A stretch of 64,000 bases of DNA, taken from assembly GCF_964188315.1 (NCBI RefSeq), contig NC_135655.1, positions 81,654,001-81,718,000 of the forward strand. The letters are read 5' to 3'. This DNA is from Podarcis muralis. Lineage: Eukaryota. The notes under the pieces are model-generated. The model was not told where the DNA came from. It saw only the letters and a list, made by a program, of their open reading frames with translations, and ran no database searches. The translations under genes and the position numbers were made by a program. Positions 14,366-26,016 of the stretch are shown here, piece by piece (the first letter of the stretch is position 1; each line of letters starts with the position of its first letter).

Positions 14366-15689
14366 GGACCCTAGGTGTCTGGATGTAGGCTAAGTTTGAA
14401 GGAGATCAAAGAGGCAGCAGAAGGTAGGGAGAAAAAAGGTTAAGCGAAAATGAGAAAGGAAACGAAGTATAAGTCAATATAATCAATTCCTTTGGTACAG
14501 CCCATATTCATCTTCGGCAAGAACAGAGTCATCTTCAGAACGCTATTACCATGACAGTGATCTTGGATCCTTTTTATTTGAAGGACATAACAAGATACAG
14601 CTTCCAGATGCTTCTGTACCAAACATGATTGGATCAAGTCTGTTGAAGTCAGTAGCACAACCAAGAATGATGTTCTGAGCATCAGACCACTGATTTAACT
14701 GCAAACATCACTGTTAATCAAAAAAAGACTTTTCTCCCCCGTTTTGCGGTTTGTTAAAGGTGGCTTATTAACCACAGAAGACTCAAACAGTTTTTATACT
14801 ACTATTTGAGTGTTAAAATGAGAAGGAAAGAATGAGATGTCTGCAACTTACGAAAATGACATAGTACTTTGGTGGAAACTGAAGTACAAAGGATCAGGGA
14901 GTGCTGTAATTCTAGAACAGCAAGAACAGCCTGTTAGTTTGTTTTATTAGGGCCCTACTTGCATGACTTTCATTCAGCTTGCGGCAACTTAGGTTTTGAT
15001 CCATCAGTCGGGGCTTTTAGCACCGGAAGCAATTGCAGCTCCTCAAGGTAAACATAAATACACAAAACAGTTTAGCATGCAACCTTCCTAAGGGAGATGA
15101 ACTGGGTGACTGTGGAAGACAAACATTGATGCATTGATGCAGCACCTGCTTGCTGAAGGACTCAAGAATTCAAAAGCTTGCACATTTTTAAGCCGACAGA
15201 AGCTGATCTATCATATCAGATAGGTGTGCCTCCAACTTGTACCTTCAGCCTGCCTGGTGTATGCTTCCACGGAAGAAGGCTAGTGTTTCTTAGTCTCTAT
15301 AGCACCAGCAGGACGTGTTTGGTCTTCCTGCTGCTGCTTAGTAACAGACTAAATGGATGCTACTCCTCGTCGACAGAACTGGACGCCCAAACTCTTCTTG
15401 GAGTTAATGGCCCCACATTGATCCCGAGGCCAAATTCGTCTGGCAACCACGTTGCGGGGAGGGGGAGGGAATGATGAGGTTGTCGACCTATTCGTTAGGG
15501 GATGCCAACTGGGGTGCGGGGTAGCGAAGAGAAAGTCTAAGCAATGACAGAGTCTGTCAAGGTTGAAGAGCGTTGAGAGATCTGGGCCTTTGCGTTTCGG
15601 GGTGTCGCCAGATCCTGGAAGCCCTAAAGTGAGTGGCTAGATGTTTTGGGGGATGGGGTGATGGTGGAGAAGTTCACCGGAGAATGATA

Positions 15690-17060
15690 TTGCAGATTTG
15701 CAGCCCGTGACCCTGAGCTGCGTCTCTCGCCTCTCTCCCTGCGTCAGAGTTTGCCACGGGCGCGCAACGTGGGATTTATCACCTGCGCGTCCTTCTCCCT
15801 CCCCACCGCCATCGTTGTCGCCGGAGCCACCCCAGCAGCGCCCCCGCTTGCCCGGCTCCCTGGTCGCCAGCTGCCCGTTCCGCCGATCTCTCCACCCCAG
15901 CGTGCCCATTGCGCCTTGCATCCCTGCTGCGGTGGTGCTGGTGGCCCCTGCTTATCCCCTCCCTCTCTGATCCGTGTCTCCGGCCCCTCTCTGACGTAGC
16001 AGCAGGCTGAGAGCGGGGAGGAGGGGGGGAAGGAAGAGAGTCGAGGAGGAGGGAGGGAGGGAGGGATGGATGACTCACAATGTTATGATGCGGTTCCACA
16101 ACACACAGCCACATTCGTCTACCGACGAAGCACAAAAGCAGCCCTTCGGCGGCCCTGAAGCTGCGCTCGCCTGGACGCGACCCCTCGCCGCTCGGCAGCA
16201 GGAGCAAGAGCAGACACGGACAGGCAGCTCCCCGCCGCCGCGCACACGCGCCCGGGCGCAGGCTTCAAGGTGAGCAGCGCGGAGGGCAAAGGCGGCGGAG
16301 GCGGAGGCGCCGCCGCTGCAGCTGAAACTTTGCCTCCCTCGCTCGCGGGGCTCTTGGGGAGTTGCACGTTTCGCCTCCACCTCCGGGCCGCGCCGAGAGA
16401 GCCCGATCCCCGCTCCTCCCCCCTCCGGTCAAGTCCCTCTGGGAACTTCGCGACGCCAAATCCGCCTTTATTTTCCTTCCGCGCAGGCAGCCACGTGAGT
16501 CAGACTCTGCGGTGATTAACGCCTCGAGTCCACCCCCCCCCCGCACGCCCCCGACACCTGGGCTCCTCCCACTTCACTTCTTTTTCTTACCCCTGATTTC
16601 TCCCTCCTTCCCCCCGCCCTTCTAGGAGAGACGAAGTGGACGGGTGAAGTGCGAAAAGCAAGGTAAGAAAGCAGCGCGCAGGGCTTTCTGCTGGGACGCT
16701 TCTCGCGCGGCATTGCTCTGGACCCGGGCTGCTTTTGGGGGGGGAGCTGGAGTTGCGCGCGGCGTTGCTGCTGCAGGACGGATTGGGAAGCGCTAATGGC
16801 CCGTGCCTGCACGGTGGACAAATGCATGAGGCTGCTGCTGGGGCTTCCGAAAGTCAGCTTTTTGCGGGGGGTTGTAATGCCGCTTTGCTGCCGACAGGGG
16901 GAGCGCCCGCGCGCCCGAGAGTCGCTGTCAGAACGGGGGCGGACGGGAGGAGGCTTTGAATGAACACGCATGGAAATGACGTCGAGGCCCCGGTAGAGGG
17001 CCCTCTTGCAGCCACAATAAAAGGCCCGTGACAAGGGTGGGTCGGAAAAGGGAATATTAT
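15690..17060 (+). promoter_or_regulatory. YPEL4: YPEL4 CpG-island promoter and non-coding 5' exon(s), divergent from CLP1
   Basis: CpG island. Donor AAG|GTGAGC at 16269/16270. AP-1 TGACTCA at 16071 and CACGTGAGTCA near 16493. Confidence 0.75.
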
Positions 17061-17272
17061 CCGAGGCTGCTGCTCGTGGCAGGGGTCGTTTAGTGCAAGG
17101 GGCAGCGGGGTACATCACCAGAGGGTTGGGTTTAGGCAATGCAACGTTGCTGACCTCTTTTCTCAAAGGTTGCTCAGAGGCCTTAGGGCACTCTGCATAT
17201 TTCAGAATGTTTTCCAACGTTGCCAGAGTCATTGGTTATGTGACATGCTGTGTAATAGCAAGATCTACAATT

Positions 17273-17452
17273 GGAAGGCTGTAGCTCAGAGGGAGGACAG
17301 CTGCTTTGCATGCAGAAGGCGCCAGGTAAAATCTCTGCATAGGTCTATGACAGCCCCCTTCCTGAAGCCCTGTCCTCAGTTAGCATAGGCAACATTGAGC
17401 TGGAAGGGTCAATGGCCTGACTCGCTATAAGGCAGCGTTGTGTGTTCATATG
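17273..17452 (+). mobile_element. tRNA-derived squamate SINE (Squam3-like)
   Basis: GTAGCTCAG A-box-like head, CTGCTTTGCATGCAGAAGG, and ...GGCCTGACTCGCTATAAGGCAGC tail. Related copies at 23482, 29392 and 32351. Confidence 0.7.
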
Positions 17453-18350
17453 AATAAGAGCAAAAGCAGAAAAGCTGTTTCTTAATCAGATGGGCCTTAC
17501 AGATCATGGGTGTTGTGAAACCCAAGACTCTGATTCTGTGCAGGCTTAACTGGGAGCAAATCATTCCATACTCAGTGGGATTTATTTCTGAGTAAACATA
17601 CGTAGGCTTGAGCTGCATGGATACAATTATGCTTAAAGCAAAAGCATAATGAAACCCTGGCCTTAACCTACAATTAGCTGACCAGGTTACGAAAGTTGGG
17701 AGGATAAGCTGAACATGTTGTTCAAGGCACCTGAGTTGTGGGCCTGTTTGTGTAAACAATGAGAACAATAGGCTGAACCAGGGATTTGAATCGTGCAGAC
17801 CCCAAACCGCTTAGCACAAATTACTAAGGTCCTCTCTCTCTCCAAGTTCCCTCCTGAACTTGGTAAAAACCAGGCTGATTTCCTCCCCCCCCCCCACACC
17901 TCGTTTTCATTGCCTTTTTATAGAGGTGGGTGGAGGATTTTAATTACCGAACTGTCTGAATGTGGAGCAAGGGCCCAGTGGTAATTATTCCAGACGGATG
18001 AATCCACTGAGCTTTCTATCTGCTCAAATACACATTCCATGCTGTGTAGTGCAGGACATGCCATAACTTCCACCTCCAGAAGAGGCCCAGATCACCTCCT
18101 CCTGGGTCTGACACGCACAGTAGGCTTCTCCTAGGGCTGATAATTGCTTGCCGTTGTCTCTCCGCAGGTGACTCCGCTTTCGGTCTGGTTCTCATCTGGG
18201 GGGGCCCTGGCAGTGCAGCCCCCCCAAACTTCACTTTTCTGAAACACGGCTCTAGCCAACCTGCTTCGCTGTTTCACTTGCGACCGCCTGTGCGGGGGCT
18301 GCACAGCGCCGGCTCCCCCCCCTCGACAGGGCATTGCTCTCCAGCCTGTC

Positions 18351-18491
18351 ATGCCCAGCTGTGAGCCAGCGCCACCTGCCGCCTGCCTCCCTACCAAGAC
18401 CTTCCGCAGTTACCTGCCCCGGTGCCATCGAACGTACAGCTGTGTTCACTGCCGGGCACATCTGGCCAAGCACGATGAGCTCATCTCCAAG
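18351..18491 (+). CDS. YPEL4: YPEL4 first AUG coding exon (aa 1-47); in-frame ACG extension from 18246
   Basis: [47 protein letters not shown]|gtacgt. Exon acceptor ctctccgcag at 18167. Confidence 0.96.
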
Positions 18492-18812
18492 GTACGTGCA
18501 TCTCTGGGACATGGGAGCAAGTTTAGCTACACCGCTGTTATTTATCTGTGGTCTTCCTGGATCTCTGGCATTGTGTGACCCCCCCCCAAAGCAGTGCCAC
18601 CCCAGGGCCCGACTAGGACACTTTCTAAAAGATGGCACCCTACTGGTGGGATACCTTGCTAGCAATACCTATCGGTCTGTCCAGGAACAGACCTGATCTT
18701 TCTCGTATCTGGGGTTTTTTGCCTTGAAGCAAAGCAGTTGGGTTTGTGGGGGGAGTGGGTCAAAGAGCCTTTCAAGGGAGAGGGTCGTAACTCCTATACT
18801 TTATTTCCACAG

Positions 18813-18856
18813 TCTTTCCAGGGAAGTCATGGTCGCGCCTATCTTTTCAATTCTGT
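18813..18856 (+). CDS. YPEL4: YPEL4 coding exon 2
   Basis: tttccacag|SFQGSHGRAYLFNSV|gtgagt, 44 nt. Confidence 0.96.
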
Positions 18857-20710
18857 GTGAGTCTCCTACTGCAATTGGTTTTATTTGGTGTGGGTGGGGA
18901 TGCGGGGGAGATTGGAAGAAGCAGAGCAGAGGCAGAGGGAGAGAGGTGGTTTCGTTTCACACCGGAAGAATGTAGAGCACTGCTACATCTCATCCGTTCC
19001 ATTAGAAGGAGGGAAATCTAGAGTGATGCTGCCAGGGTGGGGTGGGTTAGGGTTACATTTGAGTACTTCCAGGGGGAGGTCTTATATATGATGGCATTGA
19101 TCCGTCATATCTCACTCAGCATTCCATACTATGTAGGCATTCTGATAATCTGAGCTTGACATACTGAGCTCTGGAACTCAAGAGGAACAAAGCAACATTA
19201 CCTCTGAATATGTGCCCCTCAGCACCCACTACCTGGGGCTTGGGGTAAGGGCATCAGCCAGCAAGGATGACTTCTAGCTAGCATTACACCTGAGCCATTC
19301 TCTTTTTAGAAATGAAGCACATCTAATAGAAATTAAATAGTGCGTAATTTCTGTCTTATTGTAGTCTTTGTTCCCAAAGTCTCATGGTCAGTCCTTAATT
19401 CAGCGCTGGATTCCTCCCTACATCATCCTGCTGAACTTAATGGTAGCACCACCAGACCTTGCACTGGAACTCCTCGCATCTTGCTTTGTGTTCTTGCGGC
19501 TCTCTCTCTCTCTTGGGTGCTGGCTCAACCATCCACAGGACGTTGCACTCTTGACCTTCGGGCATGATTTACCCTTGATTCTGAATTGCTGGCAATGAGA
19601 ACTCTCTTCCCTCTGATCTAACAATCAATCAGAATCTGTACAAAGTGTTTCTTATTTATGTTGTTTCCTTCAAGATGAACCCTTCGTTCCTCTGCTCTTT
19701 TGACGACTCTTGCTGAATGCATCTGCAAAGGCCAATGTATGAGTAATCTCCTGCCTCACTACATAGAGATGTGCCAGAGGATTGCTGGTCATCCTTCAGA
19801 CTTCTCTAATATATGCAAAATATAGCTCATAGTGCAGAAGGCTCTCTCTAGGTGCCTCCCTGTGTGCCATGGTTTTGACAGTGAAGAAAAGCACATAGTT
19901 TCCCCTTCTCTTCATTTCTAATTGGCCTTTGGCAGGGAGAAGGCCTAGTTCCAAGGCAGACCGACTGAGTCATACAGATCTAGCATTCCTCTGTCATACT
20001 TGTTGAACCTAGCCAAGCAAACTGTTGTTTTGGAGTGGCGAATTCTTTCTGCCTGAGAAGTAGATGCTCTTTTCTCAGTGGTAGGAACCTGTGGGATTTG
20101 CAAAAGCAAGGACCTGCTGGGCCAGTTCTGCGGGGAATGGCAAATAGGATGTCTTTTACAGTTTGTGGAAAGTTCCTATTGATAGTTTCATATTGGTGAA
20201 TTGACCATCGTATGACAGCTGGCGCATTTCATAAGTGAGTGATGATTTGATGGCTCTTTTTTCCGGTAGCATTCTGGTTTTGCCCTTACTTGGGCAAACA
20301 TGAATGGAACAGTTCATCTAAACAAATATTATAGAATAGCTTTTATTCCAGCTGTGAAACTGGGTTTATCGCCCTTTTGGATGTCAGCCCAAAATAGAGA
20401 CAAGGAACGCAGTTATGGTGCCTTACACCTCACTAGAGAGTTAGTCTGAAGTAATTGATGGGAGACCAAATCTTAGTGTAAGGGTAAGATCTGAATTTCT
20501 TTCCCTCTGCCCCACAGCCCCCTAATTCCACATCTTAGAAGAATTTAACTTTTCTTTCAATGTAGATCGGTTTGAAATCATGAGGGGAAAGCTCTAGTCT
20601 TTTGATGGTCCATGGCTGCAGTAACTCAAGTCTGGCTGCCTCCTGCTTCCACCAGGTTGATCTGCTTTATCATGCCAAGAGGGCATTGGCTAGGATAAGA
20701 ACATGACCTA

Positions 20711-20822
20711 AAGACATAAGAAGAGCCCTGCTGGATCAGGCCAGTGGCCCATCGAGTCCAGCATCCTGTTCTCACAGCGGCCAACCAAATGCCTTTGGGA
20801 AGCCTGCAAACAGGACATGAGG
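20711..20822 (-). mobile_element. CR1-family 3' tail fragment
   Basis: Reverse complement matches the 3'UTR seen after the CR1 RT end at 52730-53116 (GGCCACTGTGAGA.CAGGATGCTGGACT). Confidence 0.6.
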
Positions 20823-21992
20823 ATTCTCTATATAGTAAGAGATTCTTACGACGAGCCGAAGAACCTTATATTTAGGAGATGATATTTGTACTTTCCAGGG
20901 CAAATGAAAGTGACACTTCCTGAGTTCTTCTAGGTTCCTTGTTGTTTCTAGGCCCCTAGTTTAGCAGGGGAGCCTGTTGTTTTGTTTCATTCCCCCTGCT
21001 GCTGGATTGGAGAGCATTTTTAAGCTTCCCTGAAGTTTAAACCTTTGGCACTTCCTATGGCTCTCAAGTTGTCATAGGCCGAACACCCCATGTTTCAGCT
21101 GACAGAACAGCAAGCTCCTAAGACAATTGTTCAGCTGGCTGCGGTAGCCTCTGTGTTACAGCTAAGCATGTACCATCAAGCCTTGGACGAGGCAGAGATA
21201 TCGTGCCTTGAGTAAAGATCAAACACATCTGTCAGAGCTTTCTCTTCCCAGGGACCAGTGTGGAATTGGAATGGTTCCTCCACTACAATGTGAATGTGTC
21301 CCAGTCACACTGGGTATTTCTCCTCATGGCCACAGGAGGCCGCTGTGGGATTGAACTCAGAACTCTTCTCTTGTTTTCAGTGCCCCATCTTGGTTCCTAG
21401 AAGATGACAAATAGGCTGGCTTTTCTTTTCTTTTTTGAGACAAATGGTAAAGGCACGAGGAAGTGATTTATTTGTTTTATTTAAAAAGCTTATATCCTGC
21501 TCTTTCCCACCAGGTGGATTAAAAAGTGGCTCACAATGTAAACTTATTAAAACCACATCAAATGTGATTATATTTTAAACTGCCATATAAAAACAGCATA
21601 TTTATACCACTAGTATAAAAGAACCACATGTATGGGAACAGCATTAAACACATTATCAAGCTGAAAACACTCAGCCAAAATCCTTCTTAAACGGCTTAGG
21701 TTTCAGTCAAACGCCTGAACGAATATAATGTTGGGGTATGACTGTTCTTAAATCTATTTATTTTTAAAGCTTAGGAGATGTGACACTTCTGCATCCTAAG
21801 AAAATAGGTGCTTAATAGGTTTTTATCTGGAAACAGGAACTGCTGAGATGTGGTTTCTCATAACCAATTGTGTACGTCATGTTTCAGTTGCTGAGAACTT
21901 TCCATGAACCAATCACATGCAAAAAGTTGTGGTGGGGCTTGAAATCCTTTCTTCTTTTTCTTCTCCTCCTCTTCCTCCTATTTTCTTTTGTC

Positions 21993-21996
<4 letters not shown>

Positions 21997-22036
<40 letters not shown>
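21997..22036. repeat. (TG)20 microsatellite
   Basis: Perfect dinucleotide run in a YPEL4 intron. Confidence 0.95.
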
Positions 22037-22038
<2 letters not shown>

Positions 22039-22193
22039 TGTGTGAGCAAATGCACAAGTGTTAGGACAAACATAGTTCCTCACACCCTCTTTGCGTAGCG
22101 TTTGTGGTAAACTCCCTGTGAGGTAGAACAGAGCAGGGTGGAACTCTGAGAAGGGTAAAAAGAGATAGTGCCTTCCAATTTCTTTGACTGCAG

Positions 22194-22302
22194 GGTTAAT
22201 GTGGGCTGTGGTCCAGCCGAACAACGCCTCCTGCTCACCGGCCTCCATTCAGTCGCTGACATTTTCTGTGAAAGCTGCAAGACAACACTGGGCTGGAAAT
22301 AT
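22194..22302 (+). CDS. YPEL4: YPEL4 coding exon 3
   Basis: tttgactgcag|(V)[36 protein letters not shown]|gtgagt, 109 nt. Contains the second Yippee CxxC pair. Confidence 0.97.
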
Positions 22303-22500
22303 GTGAGTACTGAATACTGGTAGCTTACAAGTCTAGACAATAAATCCCCTTTCAAAACAGGATTCTTGCAAGCAACCTTGTTGGAAAGAGTCAGAATGAG
22401 GCATCCATGGAAAACCTGTCTCTGACTCTGCCCAGTTGGGGAGAAGGGCCAGGCTGACCCCATGCCCTACATGTGGGCAACAAGGTCCTTGTCAAAGCCA

Positions 22501-22712
22501 TTTTAATTTATTAATTTATTTATTTAAATTTAATTTATATACCGCCTTTATCTTCCAAGGATCTTAAGGTGGTGTACTTGGTTCTCCTCTCCATGCCATC
22601 CTCACAACAACCCTGTGAGGTAGATTAGGCTAAGCGATGGTGACATGGCTTAGTGGGGATTTGAACCCTGCTCTCCCAGGTCCTGTCAAACCATTACACC
22701 ACACTGGCTCTG
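22501..22712 (-). mobile_element. CORE-type SINE (MIR-like) copy
   Basis: CORE-like ACAACAACCCTGTGAGGTAG, B-box-like GGATTTGAACCC, AT-rich tail. Confidence 0.55.
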
Positions 22713-22932
22713 AGAAACCATGGCACTTAGAAATGTCAGCCTCTAGCTGTCAGGCCACACCAGTAGAAACTCTTGATTCCTACTTCCCCTGTTGTAATTG
22801 TGGGTGGTTTTTTGTTCACACACCCCTTTTGTGTTTTGGGTGCTGCAGATTCTATGGAGTTTGTGTGTGTGTGTTTTTAGGCAGATGTCTGAAGCAAATG
22901 GGGTTAATTCTCCCAATCTCCTCATTTGCCAG

Positions 22933-23022
22933 GAACAAGCCTTCGAGACCAGCCAGAAGTACAAAGAAGGGAAGTACATTATTGAGATGTCACATATGGT
23001 GAAGGACAACGGCTGGGACTGA
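22933..23022 (+). CDS. YPEL4: YPEL4 last coding exon
   Basis: ctcatttgccag|[29 protein letters not shown]. The four exons (141+44+109+90 = 384 nt) give 127 aa. Confidence 0.97.
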   Translation, partial: EQAFETSQKYKEGKYIIEMSHMVKDNGWD

Positions 23023-23481
23023 GGGGGACTCTGGGCGCACACCCTCCTGCGTAGCATGCCTTGCCCTTTCCCAACCCCACACCCACAGCTGGCATCCCGG
23101 CACAACCAACCTGCCCCACCCCCCACCCCCACCCCTCCTGCATAGCATTACCCGTGGGAGTGGAGATACCAGGACCCTTCTCCCAAACCTCTTGTACTTT
23201 CTAAGAATGCTGGATTCGCAGAGTGGAGGACCCCACCCCTGCCCTTACAGCAGAAGGGGAGGCTCAGAGGGTTCAGGGGATAGTGCTGGGGGTGTTGGAT
23301 TGGATTCAACGTGATCTATATGCTGCCCTCCCCACCTGCTGATAGCGCCTTTCGGGCGGAGCAAGCGGTGGCATCCGGAACCGCACGCAGGTTTTGCACT
23401 TTTGCAGTCCGTTGCGTAGGACAGAAGCAGTCCTTCCTGGAACAGGACAGAAAGGGCTGTGGGCACAGGGCAAGCTCTTGA

Positions 23482-23685
23482 GGAGATGCCATGGCTTAGC
23501 GGCAAGTGTTGCATGAAGGAGGTTCTAGGTTCAATCTCTGGCATCTCCAGTTTTTTATTTATTTTAAAAGAACCTCACGGAACGGCTAGAACAGGCCCTG
23601 GATAACTGCTGCCAATCAACATTGACCAGGTTGAGCTAGAAGGGCCAAGAGGGTCTGAGTCAGGAAAAGGCAGCTTTTTATGCTC
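23482..23685 (+). mobile_element. Degenerate tRNA-derived SINE (Squam3-like) in YPEL4 3'UTR
   Basis: GGTTCAATCTCTGGCATCTCCAG B-box segment and GGTCTGAGTCAG..AAGGCAGCTT tail. Confidence 0.55.
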
Positions 23686-24062
23686 TTCTCCTTTCTTGGG
23701 AGAAATAAAAATTGCGTTTGACAGCCTACCAGTGTTGGGGAGAGGAAACCCCTCTCAAACAGGAAACAAAGGGATCCTAGAGGTAGGGGGCGGGCGGGGG
23801 GGGGGGGGAGAGCAGCCCCTCTCCACATGGAGCCATGGTAGTTCACAACCCCTTTCACCCCTCCCGTTCCCTGACACTGCCGTGGTGTTTCCCCCCATGT
23901 CTACTCTATGGAGTCTCTTTCTTTTGTTTTGGGTCGCCGTGTGCTTGTGATCCTTGGGCACCATGGCTCCCCCACATCCCCCCACCCCACATGAAGACAG
24001 GATGGGGGGCAGGTGGGGGTAAAGCCTCAGCACTGTCACCAGCGCAGGAATTTTTTTTGTAT

Positions 24063-24068
24063 AATAAA
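24063..24068 (+). terminator. YPEL4: Likely YPEL4 polyadenylation signal
   Basis: AATAAA about 1 kb after the stop. A second AATAAA lies at 23704. Confidence 0.5.
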
Positions 24069-24854
24069 GGTGTTTTATATTTAAAAAACAAACAAAATCA
24101 AAAAGAGCCATGCTACTAATGGCTTCTCTTTTCCTGCTTCCTTGCGCAGCTGCAGCCCAAAGCTAGCAGTTATGTTCACAAGGATTAAGCTTGCTGGCCA
24201 AACGTCCCAAGAGGACTTCTCTAAAACAAGAGCGGCTGATTGCTTGAATTTGGAAAGCCCACTATACTTCTTTTTCTTTTAAAATAACCAAACATCAGCA
24301 CCATTGGGATGAGCATCGGGAAATCCACATATACAAAAAAATACAAGCCACAAAGTTTCTCCCCATTTGAAAACTTAACAGAACTGTATGTGCAAAATTA
24401 CCATATTCTAGGAAGTCGCTGCCCATGTCTTCCTTTCCACATCTAGAATGAGTCAGAGCTTTCTTTCCCACAAATTTTAACATTTACCAGCAATTCAGCA
24501 ACTTTGAGAACACAGGAGCCACCCAGTTAAAGAAGCGGTAACATTTATTAGGCAATAGGCTGCTGTAACGGCTCGGAAAGAGAACAGTCAAAGGTGATTT
24601 GCAAGAAAGCAACAACCCTTCAGCTTCCACTCGGATGCCAAACCATGTTGGCTGTGAACAGCTGATGCTGAACAGCCCCATATATATTTGGGGTGGATGG
24701 GAGCACTTCAGCTGTCACAGGAGCTATGTTTTGCTGCTGCTGGGCACTATCCGTTTTCTCAGTTACACCTTCCTTTTGCCTCACATAGCAAGGCTCCATG
24801 CCTATCCCCTGAATATTGCCAGCAATGGACGTATAGAGGCTTCATGCTGCTGTG

Positions 24855-24942
24855 GCCACCCACCCAATGCCCTTTTTACATTGCACTGCTTGCGTTGGGC
24901 TCAGACAGTAGCACAATGTGAAAAGAGCCTTGGACAGGGGCC
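24855..24942 (-). ncRNA. MIR130A: pre-miR-130a hairpin
   Basis: 5p arm GCUCUUUUCACAUUGUGCUACU (24928-24907) and 3p arm CAGUGCAAUGUAAAAAGGGCAU (24888-24867). Lower stem CCAA/UUGG and downstream CNNC motifs are present. Position matches human MIR130A synteny. Confidence 0.97.
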
Positions 24943-25640
24943 ATGCCCAGTGCCTCAGGAGGCTCTTCACACACTCTTTCCCTCTCTCCAAATTCCTATG
25001 CGGAAACAAGAGAACCACCTTCTCACCTCGCCCAAGACAAGGGGGATTCATTTTAACTCTTTATCAGTTTGCTTTCTTTGGGGTGCCCTCTGGGCTGCTG
25101 TAGTGCCCAAATAATTTCAACCGTCCTCTCTGGTCTTCATTCAGCAGGAACACCCAGTGTTTCTAGAAGGTGATTCAGAAGGTCCACCTAGAGAGGGAGG
25201 GGAATAAAAGTAGATGGAATAACTTCTTTCTACAGCTGAACTGCTCTCTGTCACTGCACCCACCAGCTCCACATCTGCAGCGAGCAGGCTATTCACTAAG
25301 TGTGAACTGGAATGGCAGAAGATTAAGGAAATGTCTGTTCTTGTTAGGACGGCTAAAAAAACTCCCTTCTTGCCAGATCAGAAAAGTCTTTATTTTAGTG
25401 CAAGTATACTGTCTCATTGGCGTAGCCACTGAACAAACAACTAGATCCAGAAAGTTGGATTCAACTCTTATCTCTCCCCACAAATGCCTCTGTCTTAGTA
25501 TTCTTTTAATTCCAACCTGAGATTTGTGGGTTGTTGTTTTAATTCTACAGAGGGATAATACTTTGCATCTAGATGGGAGTATAAGAAATAAGCCGCCTTA
25601 AAAATAATAATCATTAGATACTAGGATAGTAGGATTCTTA

Positions 25641-26016
25641 GGGATACAGGTGGCACTGTGGTCTAAACCACTGAGCCTCTTGGGTTTGCCAATTAGAAGG
25701 TTGGCTGTTCGAATTCACTCAACGGTGGTAAGCTCCCTGGTGAGCTCCTGTTGCTCTGTCCCAGCTTCTGCCAACCTAGTCGTTCAAAAGCACACCAGTG
25801 CAAGTAGATAAATAGGTACCGCTGCAGTGGGAAGGTAAACAGCTTTTCCCATGCACTCTCACACTCACCAGTGTCCTGTTGCGCCAGAAGCAGTTTAGTC
25901 ATGCTGGCCACATGACTGTGGACAAACTCCGGCTCCCTCGGCCTGAAAGCAAGATGAGTGCCGCACCCCAAAGTCGCCTTTGACTGGATTTAGCCGTCCA
26001 GGGGTCCTTTACCTTT
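25641..26016 (+). mobile_element. Sauria SINE, near full length
   Basis: GGGATACAGGTGGCACTGTGG head, GTAGATAAATAGGTACC body, (ACCTTT)n tail. Confidence 0.9.

Noticed and set aside
15471-15600. C-box-like ATGATGA suggesting a C/D snoRNA
   Set aside because: No suitably placed D box (CTGA) with a terminal stem, and the region is intergenic.
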